Source: the human T2T-CHM13v2.0 reference genome, Homo sapiens
DNA: 64,000 bases
Assembly: GCF_009914755.1 (NCBI RefSeq)
Contig: NC_060926.1
Direction: 5' to 3' (one strand)
Shown here one piece after another: positions 16,199 to 29,998 of this stretch. The translations under genes and the position numbers were made by a program. The notes beneath the pieces were generated by a model, which made no database searches, was not told the DNA's origin, and saw only the letters and a list, made by a program, of their open reading frames with translations. The stretch's first letter is position 1; each line of letters starts with the position of its first letter.

Positions 16199-16715
16199 TA
16201 TTTGCATATGATAAATATTGGAGCAAATAAGTGGTCTTATCAACTGAATTTTCAACTCACTGCAGTCTAGAAGAGTTGGGGTTGAATGTTTTGAAGTGGT
16301 ATGAAAAATAGTACTTGTGTGAATGAGTTGTAAATGTCTTTTTCAATATATCAGTTAATCATATGTTTATCAAATACTTATGTTTATTCTGTAACTGCCA
16401 TTATCTGACCTCATCTGTTTAAATATTTGACCTCATTGAAGTTTTCCTGTCCTAGAGTCCTTAAAGTCAGATGTACGGTCTTTTGCAGTTAAGAAATCAA
16501 TATAGCTTTCCCTTTTCCAGTATTTTTTCTTTAAGATAACTTACTTTCCCTATAAGGGAACACCATAAAACTATAAGTTGTTTTAATTACATGAAAGAGA
16601 AGAAAATCTAAATAATTTGTGTCAGGAAGCCATGGAAGTTCTCATTTGGGATTTCAGTGTTTCTAAGTAAACTTCTCCTTCTTTGTCACAGTATATGTTC
16701 TGTTTATTTAAACAG

Positions 16716-17000
16716 GGGCCTCAAATCTGACCCTATCGGAAACTCAAAATGGAGATGTATCTGAAGAAACAATGGGAAGTAGAAAGGTTAAAAAATCAAA
16801 ACAAAAGCCCATGAATGTGGGCTTATCAGAAACTCAAAATGGAGGCATGTCTCAAGAAGCAGTGGGAAATATAAAAGTTACAAAGTCTCCCCAGAAATCC
16901 ACTGTATTAAGCAATGGAGAAGCAGCAATGCAGTCTTCCAATTCAGAATCAAAAAAGAAAAAGAAGAAAAAGAGAAAAATGGTGAATGATGCTGAGCCTG
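16716..17000 (+). CDS. DDX18: DDX18 exon 2
   Basis: aacag|GG GCC TCA AAT ... GAG CCT G|gtaggt; polybasic KKKKKKKRK. Confidence 0.95.
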
Positions 17001-17541
17001 GTAGGTATTTATTATCTTTGAACTTCAGCCATTTAGTTTTTCACAGACGGTTATTGTTCCTCTTTCTATTACTATTGTGTGCACATGACATGAGAATTCC
17101 CTGTACTCACCAGTATGTTAGAGATTAGCCTGGTAGCTAATGGAAACATTTTATTGGCAGAAGTGGGGAGTCCATTTCAACTTTTCTCAAAATATTGAGG
17201 AATATATTTTTAATTTCACTAACCTTGAAGAAAACCTCTCTCAGAAAAGACTCTCCTTAGAATTCTAGAAATTTTCTCTTCTTTTTAAGTTACCTTTTTT
17301 CCTGCTTGATTCTTCCCATTTTCCTTCCATAAATTCCTCCCTTTGAAAGGAATATTAGTTACAAAGTATATAAAGTAGGAAACTTCTGAATAAATGGAAC
17401 ATTAATTTCCAAGTGCTAAGAATGGCAGGAGGAAAAGGAAGGAATGTTTTTTGAAGATGATGGAATTTCAGTAAGCTCGGATGAAAGAATGGACATTATA
17501 ATTGAGATTTGTATAAGCAGAGATATCAAGGTAGGATAAGA

Positions 17542-17706
17542 TAGGGGTCAGCAAACTATCCCTCCTTCTACCTGTTTTTGTAAATAAAGTTTTACTGGGT
17601 CATAGCAATGCCTATTTGGTTGTGTTTATGGCAACAGAGATCATATGACCTGCAAAGCCTAAACTATTTACTATCTGGCCCTTTGCGGAAAGTTTGCCAG
17701 CCCCTG
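17542..17706. mobile_element. MER58A-like hAT-Charlie element
   Basis: aggggtcagcaaact ... aagtttgccagcccctg TIRs; gtttttgtaaataaagttttactgg core. Confidence 0.7.
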
Positions 17707-17932
17707 AGTTGGAACATCCTATTCATGTATTTTACCTGAAATAAGGGTTTTATTTAGAAAGGGACTTTGAACTTTTCCAAACATGCATTACTGTCTTCAT
17801 GATGCCTACACACAGAAGTCATTGTAATCCTGTTCTAAAATTATTGCCTTCACAATTCTTGTTTTGAGTATGCCCCAGGAAGTAGTATTATTTCTGCTCC
17901 CAAGCATTGAATCACAATGCTGGGCATTTTAA

Positions 17933-18136
<204 letters not shown>

Positions 18137-18920
18137 TAAGCCATGGAGACCAGCTGAAGATATCTGTGGCTTTTGAACATGTAGGTCCTACAAAGTTGAC
18201 TCTTTCCTGGAAGGGTGGCCGTCAGGTACAGGGAGGAGACCAGTACTGAGCTACAGAGAGTCCTGGGTTGTGGTCTAAGTTCTTTTCAAACATCACTAAT
18301 TGCCATATAGTTTTATATAAACACAGCATGTGGTTAATCCATTTGACCCAGAGTCGAACATTGAAAAGAGAAGTGAGAGGTAGGACTGAAAAGGTAGTTG
18401 GGGCCACATGAAAGTTGTGAATGTAGAAATGAGGGTGGGAAGAAGCCCTGCCTTTCCTCCCACCCTCATCCCTGATAGCCAAGGCACAGTCCAGTGTATG
18501 TCAGCCAGGCAAGTGGGTTGTTGCCCTTCCTTTACAGTCTATCTCTAGTAACATGAAGAGCCTTTGATAGTGATTGGCGTGGGAAGAAAAATGACTACTT
18601 ATAATGAGTTTTTAAGGATTATGTTAATCAGGTATGCTTCCTTTCCCCTCAGTGGAGTATGTGAAACTTATAATTGGTATGTTTATACTGTTTAGTTGAA
18701 CAAAAGCCTAAAAGGTTTTGTCACCAAGTCTGTCTGTACCCTGGGTTTTTAAATACAACCACTCATTTTTCACCAAACAGAATTCTTAACAAATTAATAC
18801 AGCATATACTTAGCTTTTGAAAATATACGTCTTTATATCAGAGATCTTCTGTTTGTTGATCTCATTTGGAATTCTATTTTAAGGAAAAATTTTTTCGGAT
18901 TTTGTCTTTTAAAACCAAAG

Positions 18921-19064
18921 ATACGAAAAAAGCAAAAACTGAAAACAAAGGGAAATCTGAAGAAGAAAGTGCCGAGACTACTAAAGAAACAGAAAATAAT
19001 GTGGAGAAGCCAGATAATGATGAAGATGAGAGTGAGGTGCCCAGTCTGCCCCTGGGACTGACAG
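18921..19064 (+). CDS. DDX18: DDX18 exon 3
   Basis: caaag|AT ACG AAA (DTKKAK...LPLGLTG)|gtaacg; acidic stretch. Confidence 0.93.
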
Positions 19065-19571
19065 GTAACGTCCAGGAAGTTTTCTAGAGGTAACTTCTTT
19101 AAAATGTGCCTCTCTTAGAGGATTATAGGTTTGAAGGTTCAGTTGTGACTTTCAGTTTACCTGAAAAAAGTAACTATCAACAAGAAACTTTTTTTATATC
19201 TTTCTGCTGCTTTTTCTCTTTATCTTCTATTTTGTGGTGTTTTAGTTCTTTTTGTTCCCTGTTTTTTTCCTTTTGTTCATTCCTGACACCAAATATTTTA
19301 TATGCACACTAGCAGCTTCTAGGATTCCTTGGTTTGTCCTTTTCTGAGTCTCATTCTATGTTGTAATAGGAAAATGATTGGCCCTGTACGAGGTTAACCT
19401 CCTTTGGCCTTTGTTCCTTTATAAAGTTGAGTTTAGGCTAGAATTCACTGCTCCTAACCAGATATGTCTAGGAGTTACTTGAGTTGTTTATTTGGTTTGG
19501 GTTGGTTGGTTTGTTAAAATGTTGAGGCCCAACCCTAGACCTGCTTAATCCAAATTGCAAACGTTTTGGTA

Positions 19572-19880
19572 GTAGCTCTCGAGCAGGGAAATTCGCCCCC
19601 CGAGTAAGAAGAGTAACTCTTCCTGGTTTGCCCAGAACTTTAACAGTTTTAGCACTGAAAGTTCTGAATCCCAAGAACCTCCTCTGTCCCTAGCCTACTG
19701 AGAAGATTGGTCATCCTAAGCCTAGGAGACATTTTTGGTTCTCAGAGCTAGGAGCAGTCTGCTGGGATCTGGTGAGTAGAGGTCAGAAACACTGCATAAT
19801 ATCTTATAAGGCACAGGATAGTGTTTCACAGCAAAGAATTATTCAGCCCAGATGTCAGCAATGCCAAGGTCAAGAGTGAT
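19572..19880. mobile_element. MER20-like hAT element, apparently interrupted by a MER94-like element (~19609-19718)
   Basis: ggagacatttttggtt...gtagaggtcag...aaagaattattcagcccagatgtca; insert with tcctggtttgcccagaac...ttggtcatccta. Confidence 0.45.
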
Positions 19881-20431
19881 TGGTTTACACCCTGGGCATG
19901 TGGAGTATGGGGAACCCCCAGGTGATTTTGATGCCTTCTGCTGAACCACCACTGTATTACTTGATACGTAGGCTCAGCCTAACATTCTGTGGCTGTATCT
20001 GACTCTTCTGTGTCTTGTTGGAGTGAGGTTAACAGGTTTTTTTTTTATTATTGACTTCACACTCAGTTTTTATTAATGCTCAATGTTTTCACTTTTATAT
20101 CAGATTTCTTAAACATTTCATTTATCTCTGGACTCTCATTATTTTCCTTGTTTTGGTATTTTTATTTTATATAAATTCCTTGGTTATACCTCCTCTCTAC
20201 CCCTTGTTTTGTTATAGTATGGTCTCTGGACTATAACTCACACAGCCGTTAACAGTGGAGAAACTTGAAAGATATAGGGTCTTTTTCTTGATATTATCAC
20301 ATATGAATAATTAAGGTTTAGCCTTTTCTTACTGCGGGAAGCTTTTCTAAGCAAAATAGATTTAGGCAACTGTAGCAATACTTTTTTAAAAAAAAGATAA
20401 ATTTGCTAATGATAAATTGTCTTCTGTTTAG

Positions 20432-20567
20432 GAGCTTTTGAGGATACTTCGTTTGCTTCTCTATGTAATCTTGTCAATGAAAACACTCTGAAGGCAATAA
20501 AAGAAATGGGTTTTACAAACATGACTGAAATTCAGCATAAAAGTATCAGACCACTTCTGGAAGGCAG
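20432..20567 (+). CDS. DDX18: DDX18 exon 4 (Q motif)
   Basis: GAFEDTSFASL...MGFTNMTEIQ...LEGR; AG/GT boundaries. Confidence 0.95.
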
Positions 20568-20920
20568 GTATGATTAACATTGAAGCTTAGATATTGGCAT
20601 CTATTTTTAGAACTAGTAGATGATAAAGAACATACCAGTATATTCTGTTGATTTTGTACTATATGTTGGGTCATGTATCCAGCATACATTAAAGGCTTTA
20701 AGTTAATTACTGATGTTTGAAGGAAAGTGTTCGAAAGGTGTTCTGCTTCTGTTGTAGCACAGTTCTGACTTATGATTTCAGTATATAACCCAGGTGATCA
20801 ATTTCAGCACTGTAGACGTTTCTTGTTCATGTTCTAGCCGTAGTGCCTAAGGTGTGTGTATGTAGTACGTCGTAAATGAGTAGGCTAAATGTCTTTCTCC
20901 TTTCCCTTTTTAATATTTAG

Positions 20921-21021
20921 GGATCTTCTAGCAGCTGCAAAAACAGGCAGTGGTAAAACCCTGGCTTTTCTCATCCCTGCAGTTGAACTCATTGTTAAGT
21001 TAAGGTTCATGCCCAGGAATG
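20921..21021 (+). CDS. DDX18: DDX18 exon 5 (Walker A, AKTGSGKT)
   Basis: [16 protein letters not shown]...PRNG|gtaagc. Confidence 0.97.
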
Positions 21022-21132
21022 GTAAGCGTTCATCTGCTTGTTTCTGCCATTATTTCACTAGAGGTTTATTGTAGCTGTTACGGACTCAGTGGTGACAGCC
21101 ACATTTAGACTTCTACCATATATCATTTTTAG

Positions 21133-21332
21133 GAACAGGAGTCCTTATTCTCTCACCTACTAGAGAACTAGCCATGCAAACCTTTGGTGTTCTTAAGGAG
21201 CTGATGACTCACCACGTGCATACCTATGGCTTGATAATGGGTGGCAGTAACAGATCTGCTGAAGCACAGAAACTTGGTAATGGGATCAACATCATTGTGG
21301 CCACACCAGGCCGTCTGCTGGACCATATGCAG
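21133..21332 (+). CDS. DDX18: DDX18 exon 6 (motifs Ia PTRELA, GG, TPGRL)
   Basis: [15 protein letters not shown]...[11 protein letters not shown]|gtaaga. Confidence 0.97.
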
Positions 21333-21417
21333 GTAAGAGATGTAGTGCTTGTCTCATTGTCTTGTATGAAACATAAACTGACAACTAATGGTTGTTCTTT
21401 GTCCTTTGTTTTGTTAG

Positions 21418-21532
21418 AATACCCCAGGATTTATGTATAAAAACCTGCAGTGTCTGGTTATTGATGAAGCTGATCGTATCTTGGATGTGGGGTTTGAAGA
21501 GGAATTAAAGCAAATTATTAAACTTTTGCCAA
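21418..21532 (+). CDS. DDX18: DDX18 exon 7 (DEAD motif)
   Basis: [26 protein letters not shown]...KLLP|gtaagt. Confidence 0.97.
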
Positions 21533-21919
21533 GTAAGTAGGTAGCATCTGCATTTGGTTTGCAAAGTATCTGTTGGAGGTAGATAAGAGTTGTTCCTATA
21601 GAAAAACTGTACTAATGCCAGAACTTTACCATAGCCAAGTGAGGTAGTTGTGCCAATTAACCCGAAAGGTAATTTGGAATACAAGCATCAAATGTATTAT
21701 AACTTGATATAATAGTTTTGCTGTTTTAGAAGTTATAAGGCACGTTAAGCAGTCTTCACATAGGTCCTGTCCTCCACCTCTTGCCCATTCTTACCTCATC
21801 TAACATCCCCCAAGAAGCCGCAGATTTTTTGCCTTACTTGTACATACCTTGGTTATAGTACTTGCAACATTATGAACTGGTTATAACTAAGACCATGGTT
21901 TCCTTCATTATATAATTTA

Positions 21920-23760
21920 TTTTTAAAAGCTTTGTCAAAGTATAATTATATCTACCCATTTATAATGTACAATTTGATGTTCTTTGATTTGTTTACCACT
22001 GTGACATCATCGCTGCAATCAAGAAAATGAACATGTCCATCACAGTCAAAGGTTTCCTCCTGCCCCTTTTCAATTTCTCCCTCCCACCCCTCCTTACACG
22101 TATACCTTGTCCCCAGGTGAGTATTGATCTGTTTTCTGCTGCTAGATTAGGTTGCATTTTCTGGAAATAAAGTTGCTGTGAACAGTCATCTACAACTCTT
22201 TGTAGAGGCATATATCTCCTTTTCTCTTAAGTAAACCTAGGAGTGTCCTAGTTGGTATATGTTTAGTGTATGTTTAACTTTTTAAAAAACTGCCAGATGT
22301 TTTCCAAAGCGGCTGTACCATTTAACATTCCTATGAGCAGTGTATGAAAGTTCCAGTTCCTCCTATTAAGTCTTGACCATCAGGTAATGTTAGCCCCAAG
22401 TTTGTTCTCTTTTAAAGTTGTGGTATTCTTGTCCTTTGCTTTTCTATATAAATTTTAGAATTGGTTTGTCAGTTTCTCCCCCTTCCCTCCAAAAAAGTCT
22501 CAGATCTTGACTGAGATTTTATTGAATAGAGATTATTGGAGGAAGACAGTATTGAGTCATGTAACCCATAATAAGGTATATCTCCATGTATTCGATATTT
22601 TCTCTATCATATTTAGGGGGGTTCGGGATACAGGTTTATTCACATCTTTTGTCAGATTTATCTCTGAGTGTTTCATTAAAATTTCAAGTTCCAATTGCTC
22701 GTTGCTTTAATATATACATATATACACACACACATATACACACATATATATGCACACACAGTTGAATTTTATATTGATCTTGTATCTAGCAAGACAGTTA
22801 ATCCTGTACCGAATGATTATTCAGTATGACTTTCCAGATGACTGTAGCCTTTTGGATTTTCTATATAGGCAATCATGTGCAGATAAAGACAGTTTCACCT
22901 CTTTATTTAATTTTTTTTTCCTGCCTGATTGCCCTGGCCAGAACCTCCAGTATGGTGCTGAATAGAAGTGGTGAGAGCAGACATCCTTGTCTTGGTTCTG
23001 ATCTTAGGGGAAAGCATTCAGTCTTTTACCATTAACTACATATGAAGTTAGCTGCAGGTTTTATATAGATGCCTTTTATCAGATTGAGGAAGATCCCTTC
23101 TGTTCCTAGTTTGCTGAGGATTTTTAATCAGAAATAGATGGTCAAATGTTTTTTTTCTGTCTGCTGAAATAATCATGTTTTTTCTTTAGTTAACATAGTG
23201 AATTGTATTGGTTGATTTTTCAAATGTTGAACCAACCTGCATTTCTAGAATAAACCTGATCCATTTCTAGAATAAACATGAGCCATTATCCTTTTTATAT
23301 ATTGCTGAATTCACTTTACTAAAATTCTATTTCAAATTTTGTATATGTGCTCACGAATTGTATTGGTCCATAGTTTTCTTGTCATGTCATGTCAGGTTTT
23401 TGTATAGTGTAATGACTGACTTCGAAGAATGAGTTGACATGTAAGCCCTCTTTTTAATTTATTGGAGAGTTTGTGAATAATTGATGTTTTTTTCTTAAAT
23501 GTTCAGTAGAATTCACCAATGGAATCCATTTGGGCCTGGAATTTTCTTTACATGAAGGTTATAACTAAAATTTCTTTAGTAGATATAAGGCTATTTAAAG
23601 TTTTCCTATTTTCTTCAGTTGTTTGTCTTCAAAGGAGTTTGTCCATTTCATCTAAGTCCTCAAATTTATAGACCTAGTGTTTCATGATATACCCTTTTTA
23701 CCTTTTGTAATATTTGTAGATTCTGTAGAAACATCATATCTCCCATTTCTGATATCTCTA
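21920..23760 (-). mobile_element. Old L1M (L1MC/MD-like) fragments, antisense in DDX18 intron 7
   Basis: T-rich antisense L1 motifs e.g. gaatagaagtggtgagagcagacatccttgtctt, ttttccaaagcggctgtaccatttaacattcc. Confidence 0.75.
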
Positions 23761-23839
23761 CCTAGAATATTTGTAGTTGTGAGGCAATTGTAAAGATTCC
23801 CTAAAAGATTGGGGTTATTTTTATATGTATCTGTTTCAG

Positions 23840-23979
23840 CACGTAGACAGACTATGCTCTTTTCTGCCACCCAAACTCGAAAAGTTGAAGACCTGGCAAG
23901 GATTTCTCTGAAAAAGGAGCCATTGTATGTTGGCGTTGATGATGATAAAGCGAATGCAACAGTGGATGGTCTTGAACAG
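23840..23979 (+). CDS. DDX18: DDX18 exon 8 (motif III SAT)
   Basis: [13 protein letters not shown]...GLEQ|gtactt. Confidence 0.96.
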
Positions 23980-24210
23980 GTACTTTTTATCAATAACTGA
24001 AAACTGTAGGGATCTTACTTGGTGTTTTTATGTAATTGTTGGAAGGATCATTCAGAAAGCAAATGGGTTAATGAACTTTTAAAATGCTGTAGGTGAGGCA
24101 TGACAGTTTACACACTGTGTTTATCAGTGCTCTTGATGAAATTACACAAGTTAGGAAATGGAAAATGTCCACTTGGTTCATTTGTATCTGTCTGCTTAAA
24201 CGCTTTCTAG

Positions 24211-24372
24211 GGATATGTTGTTTGTCCTTCTGAAAAGAGATTCCTTCTGCTCTTTACATTCCTTAAGAAGAACCGAAAGAAGAAGCTTATGGTCTTCTTT
24301 TCATCTTGTATGTCTGTGAAATACCACTATGAGTTGCTGAACTACATTGATTTGCCCGTCTTGGCCATTCAT
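24211..24372 (+). CDS. DDX18: DDX18 exon 9 (motif IV)
   Basis: [33 protein letters not shown]...LAIH|gtaagt. Confidence 0.96.
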
Positions 24373-24722
24373 GTAAGTGATGATGATGAGCTCATTGAAA
24401 ACAGGGTATGCTTATTAAATCCTATAGATTGTAGGATTGGAGGTATTGCCCTCTCCTGGAAACATTGTTCTGAGTAGTTTGATCACCACTAGATGATGGA
24501 TCCTGTGTGGGGGAGCGCTGCTGGGTGTGGAGGGGTATGAGGACTTTCGAAGAGTGCAAGACACCATCCTCCTTGAGGGGCTTGCGGAACAGTTGGGGAA
24601 ATAGGACATAGGCCAAGGGATGAGCTCGAAATAAAGTAGGGTAACAGTTCCACAATTTGGGGGTTCTACTGCTAGTCTTCCTCAAGATTCCAGCTCTAAT
24701 GGATGTTTTTATTTAATTCTAG

Positions 24723-24875
24723 GGAAAGCAAAAGCAAAATAAGCGTACAACCACATTCTTCCAGTTCTGCAATGCAGATTCGGGAACACTATTGTGTACG
24801 GATGTGGCAGCGAGAGGACTAGACATTCCTGAAGTCGACTGGATTGTTCAGTATGACCCTCCGGATGACCCTAAG
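24723..24875 (+). CDS. DDX18: DDX18 exon 10 (motif V ARGLD)
   Basis: [12 protein letters not shown]...[26 protein letters not shown]|gtaact. Confidence 0.97.
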
Positions 24876-25542
24876 GTAACTGGCATCTTTGGAATATCTT
24901 CAGAATGACTCTGCATTAAAAGTTCACTTATTCTCCCAGTTCCCTGACGGAAACTGCATTCCACATTCAAGGTAAAGATCCCTACTATACAGTGACTGCA
25001 GTATTTCTCTGGTATTGAAAAGTACTTAAGGCTTTTCAGGGCTCAAACGGGCTGTGCCAGAGGATTGAAAAGGATCAGTGGGACTTAAGTTATGAAAATG
25101 AGATCCTTGGAATGATCTCTTAAGAACAGCAGATGCCTGAAGGAAATAAAATTGCTTAAGGAAGTAGATAAACTTCTGTAGTATATGTGGTAGAATAAGC
25201 TTCATTGAGAAGTATTTTCAACAAACACTGGATTAAAGCCGTTTTGATGATGAAGCACACATAATACTCATTTTATTAGATCGCTGTTAATGCAAACATC
25301 ATGTCCAGCCTTTTTTTTTTTTTTTTTTTTTTTTTTGGGCCTCAATCATTGGCCTATTGGGGGTGATGTGCACAGAGCGATTGCTGGCCCAGCTTTGTGG
25401 GGGTGTGGTGAAGGTGTGTGTGGCCCAGCACCGTGGGACTACACCATCTCAGTACAGACATGCACATACTCAGGATGCAGATACGCAAATGGGCTCATGT
25501 GGAAGTCACTGCGTTAACTCAGATTTTCTTTCTCCACCAAAG

Positions 25543-25656
25543 GAATATATTCATCGTGTGGGTAGAACAGCCAGAGGCCTAAATGGGAGAGGGCATGCCT
25601 TGCTCATTTTGCGCCCAGAAGAATTGGGTTTTCTTCGCTACTTGAAACAATCCAAG
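25543..25656 (+). CDS. DDX18: DDX18 exon 11 (motif [10 protein letters not shown])
   Basis: [12 protein letters not shown]...LKQSK|gtaaag. Confidence 0.97.
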
Positions 25657-26599
25657 GTAAAGATCTGTACTTGGAGAAAGATTTCTCTTGGTGTAGGGAT
25701 TGTTAGCAAGCAACATTTCTACATGTGTCAGAGGAGTCTCGAGTCTGGCCAGTGCTGTTACAACCATTCTTATGGCAATTAAGCAAGTAAGGTTTTATGT
25801 ACTTCTAGCCCAAGAAGTGAGCACAGAAGGAACTGCCCACATGGCTCGGCTTTCTAGCTCTGTTACCCAGCAACACCTCTGTGTCCCAGCCTCTCCTTTC
25901 CTGTTCCCTCCAGCCCTCTTTGAAACCTTCTCCACTCCTTTGAAGCTCCCTCACACCTAGTCATCTCTGCTTCTGCTCCCCTTCTTTCCTCTTACCTCAT
26001 GTGAAGCAGTGGGGAATCCTTGTTCGCTCTAGCCTCTGCCTCCTCCCCTGCCCTCTGTCTCCTATTCATCAACTCTTGGCCTACAGTCTCTTCCTTGCGG
26101 TTGGCGCTTTACCATCTCAAATTTCTCACTGTAAAAAAGTAACTTCAACCTTAAACCTGTTCTTCTACCCCTGCCTGCAGGAGCTACTGTCTGTTGCCTT
26201 TCCTCAGTCAGCCTTACTGGAAAAATGGCTTATATTCTTGCCATTTACCTCCCTCTCAGTCCCTAACCAGCCTAATTTGGCTTTAGCTTTCTACTATCAC
26301 ACCAGAATTGAATCCATCAGGACCCTAAGTGGCCTCTTCATTGCTAGGCCATGTGGGGGATGCATATCAGGCCTTCTCCTGCCTGACATTTACATCCTCA
26401 TTGGCCTTTCTGGCATAGTCTTGATGATAGGCTTCCTCTACCCTGTAACTGCAGGCAGTTCCCTGAAATTGCTCTATAGCTTTTGCACACTTTGTCCAGA
26501 ATGCTTGGTTTCAGCTCGCCTCTGTCTTTGCTGGGAAGCCATCGCTGATCTCCTGCCTCCTTGTTCCCACAGCACAGGTGCTCATCAGGTTGACATTTC

Positions 26600-27697
<1,098 letters not shown>

Positions 27698-28222
27698 TGA
27701 GGGCAGAGTCCATGAGTTAGGTACCTATTTTCTCTCTAGCACCTGGCACAGGCCTGTTGCTTTTCTAGTTATCTAATGAGTGATAACTGATGGCAGATCC
27801 ATCCTGTAGGAGTTTGTGGTCATCATGGCCTCCAGTGTCACAAGCCTCAATACAGGACTGTGGGGGTATTAGGGCCCCTCTTCTGACATGGAGAAAAGGG
27901 GCTGATGGCCCTTCTGACTAGAAGCTTCAAGCTGATTCATGGTTGCAAATAGTCAGGATTATAGAGATTCTTACAGAAAAGTGCTTTACTGACTGTGTCC
28001 CTATCCAGTTCCTTGCCTTTCAGAAAGAAAGAAGTGCAGATTGCCTAACTCAGCAGAGCAAAGATGTAACTTTCCCATCAACATTGGGAGACTAGAAAAA
28101 GCAGATTTTCCTTTCTGTCCTGAGGGAATTTCATAGGCCGGTTCATCCTTCCCTGTCTTCAGTACCCAGTATCGGAATGCTGATCATCCTGGTTTACTAA
28201 TCTTAATACTTTTGATTTCTAG

Positions 28223-28279
28223 GTTCCATTAAGTGAATTTGACTTTTCCTGGTCTAAAATTTCTGACATTCAGTCTCAG
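28223..28279 (+). CDS. DDX18: DDX18 exon 12
   Basis: tctag|VPLSEFDFSWSKISDIQSQ|gtatgt; 57 nt, phase 0/0. Confidence 0.93.
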
Positions 28280-28562
28280 GTATGTGCTTTTTAAACGTTT
28301 GTGAGTAAACAGGAACCTTGTCCCAGCACTCTGTTTGTAGTGATTCACTGGGCAATCACTGTCCTTTGAAGTCTACCCTGTCCTAAAGTGAGGATCAGGC
28401 TGTGTAGTGTATAAGGTTTCTTGCTATTCTAGTTATCACCACTCTGTGCCCTCTTTAAATGTTTTCCATGGAGTGGCTTTGCTCTAGGATATTTAAAATC
28501 TGGTGTTTTGGAGGTTTTTGTTTGTTTTTGTTTATTAAAACCAGTGTTTCTTTCTATTTCAG

Positions 28563-28740
28563 CTTGAGAAATTGATTGAAAAGAATTACTTTCTTCATAA
28601 GTCAGCCCAGGAAGCATATAAGTCATACATACGAGCCTATGATTCCCATTCTCTGAAACAGATCTTTAATGTTAATAACCTAAATTTGCCTCAGGTTGCT
28701 CTGTCATTTGGTTTCAAGGTGCCTCCCTTCGTTGATCTGA
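28563..28740 (+). CDS. DDX18: DDX18 exon 13
   Basis: [29 protein letters not shown]...VPPFVDL; ends at U12-type donor gtatcctttt. Confidence 0.95.
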
Positions 28741-29855
28741 GTATCCTTTTCTTTAATGAAGTTATCCTGTGACTAAGGAACAAAAGCTTGACAGAGGGGC
28801 ATTTGGGGCTTTGCAGTGGATTGGTATGTGTTCTGGCTCAGACTGGAGGCTCCAGTGTTCACCCTGGTCGATGTCTGCTTTTCTGTGCTAGCACAGGACA
28901 TAGAGGTTGGATGGGGTAAGCAGGGCTTAATCATTAGGATGGGGTTACAGGGACAAGGCAGCTTATGCCTTGAGCCTTCAAAAGACAAAGAAATTTGACT
29001 GTCAAGGAGAGACAGAGACAGTTGTGTGTTCCAGGCAGAAACACAGGTTAAAAAAATCAAAACTTCAGTGTTTGCTGAGGCTGCACTGTGCAGGGTACTT
29101 AGGTGAATGGGGTGTTTTGAAGCTAAAGAGAGGATGGGACCTTTCAAGGAGTTTTAATCATCTTAGAACCCCTGAAGGATTTTATGCAAGAAAGTGGCAA
29201 GTTCAGCAAAAGAAAATAAAACTTAGGTGTTGCTTAAGATAAAAGGCAGGAGTACTTCCAGTTGCTTCAGTTGTGATTTATAATTTGTGCCTTTCAGAAG
29301 AAGAAACTGAGCAGCTGAAATGAGGCCTGTGCTTCAGTGCCATAGGGGTAACTTCTGAGGGAACTAGAGGACCAAATTTTGGGTCACCATCCCCATTGTC
29401 AGCATTGAGTAAATGTCAGCTGAAATGAATGTATGTCGAGTCCTGTGGAAGGAAGAGCAGCTCCTTCACTTAGGCATTCCTAAATCAATTCCGAAGAGAA
29501 ATGATAGTCATTTGTTTTGACACAGGAGGTGTTTTTTTAATGTGCTCCTACCAACTTCCTGATTAAACTCATAAATCCTTATTCACTGTCATGAATTTCA
29601 TCGTGTGGAAGAAATAATTAATATGACTATTACACACCGAAGTTTAAAATCATACCTGCTAATTTAAGTCCACAGTCACGTGGCCACTCCTAATTTTCTG
29701 GAAATTTATTGCATAGGCTTATGTTCCCACATTTTCATTGTTGAGAATGGGGTTGTGGAGGAACAGTAGTGTTCATGCCGGTTTTTTTCTCTGTGTAGAT
29801 GTTAGATTGGAGTTCATTATCTTTTTTGCTTGATTTCCTTAATGTTTGCCTCCAG
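28741..29855 (+). other. DDX18: U12-type (minor spliceosome) GT-AG intron, DDX18 intron 13
   Basis: 5' splice site GTATCCTTTT; branch site TTTCCTTAAT at 29834-29843, branch A about 13 nt from the CAG acceptor; no long polypyrimidine tract after the branch site. Confidence 0.92.
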
Positions 29856-29998
29856 ACGTCAACAGTAATGAAGGCAAGCAGAAAAAGCGAGGAGGTGGTG
29901 GTGGATTTGGCTACCAGAAAACCAAGAAAGTTGAGAAATCCAAAATCTTTAAACACATTAGCAAGAAATCATCTGACAGCAGGCAGTTCTCTCACTGA
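29856..29998 (+). CDS. DDX18: DDX18 exon 14, coding part
   Basis: (N)VNSNEGKQKKRGGGGFGYQKTKKVEKSKIFKHISKKSSDSRQFSH-TGA. Confidence 0.95.

Noticed and set aside
24377-24473. Possible C/D-box snoRNA in DDX18 intron 9 (GTGATGA ... CTGA)
   Set aside because: The C-like box overlaps the splice donor and is part of a (GAT)n run; no terminal stem or recognisable rRNA guide
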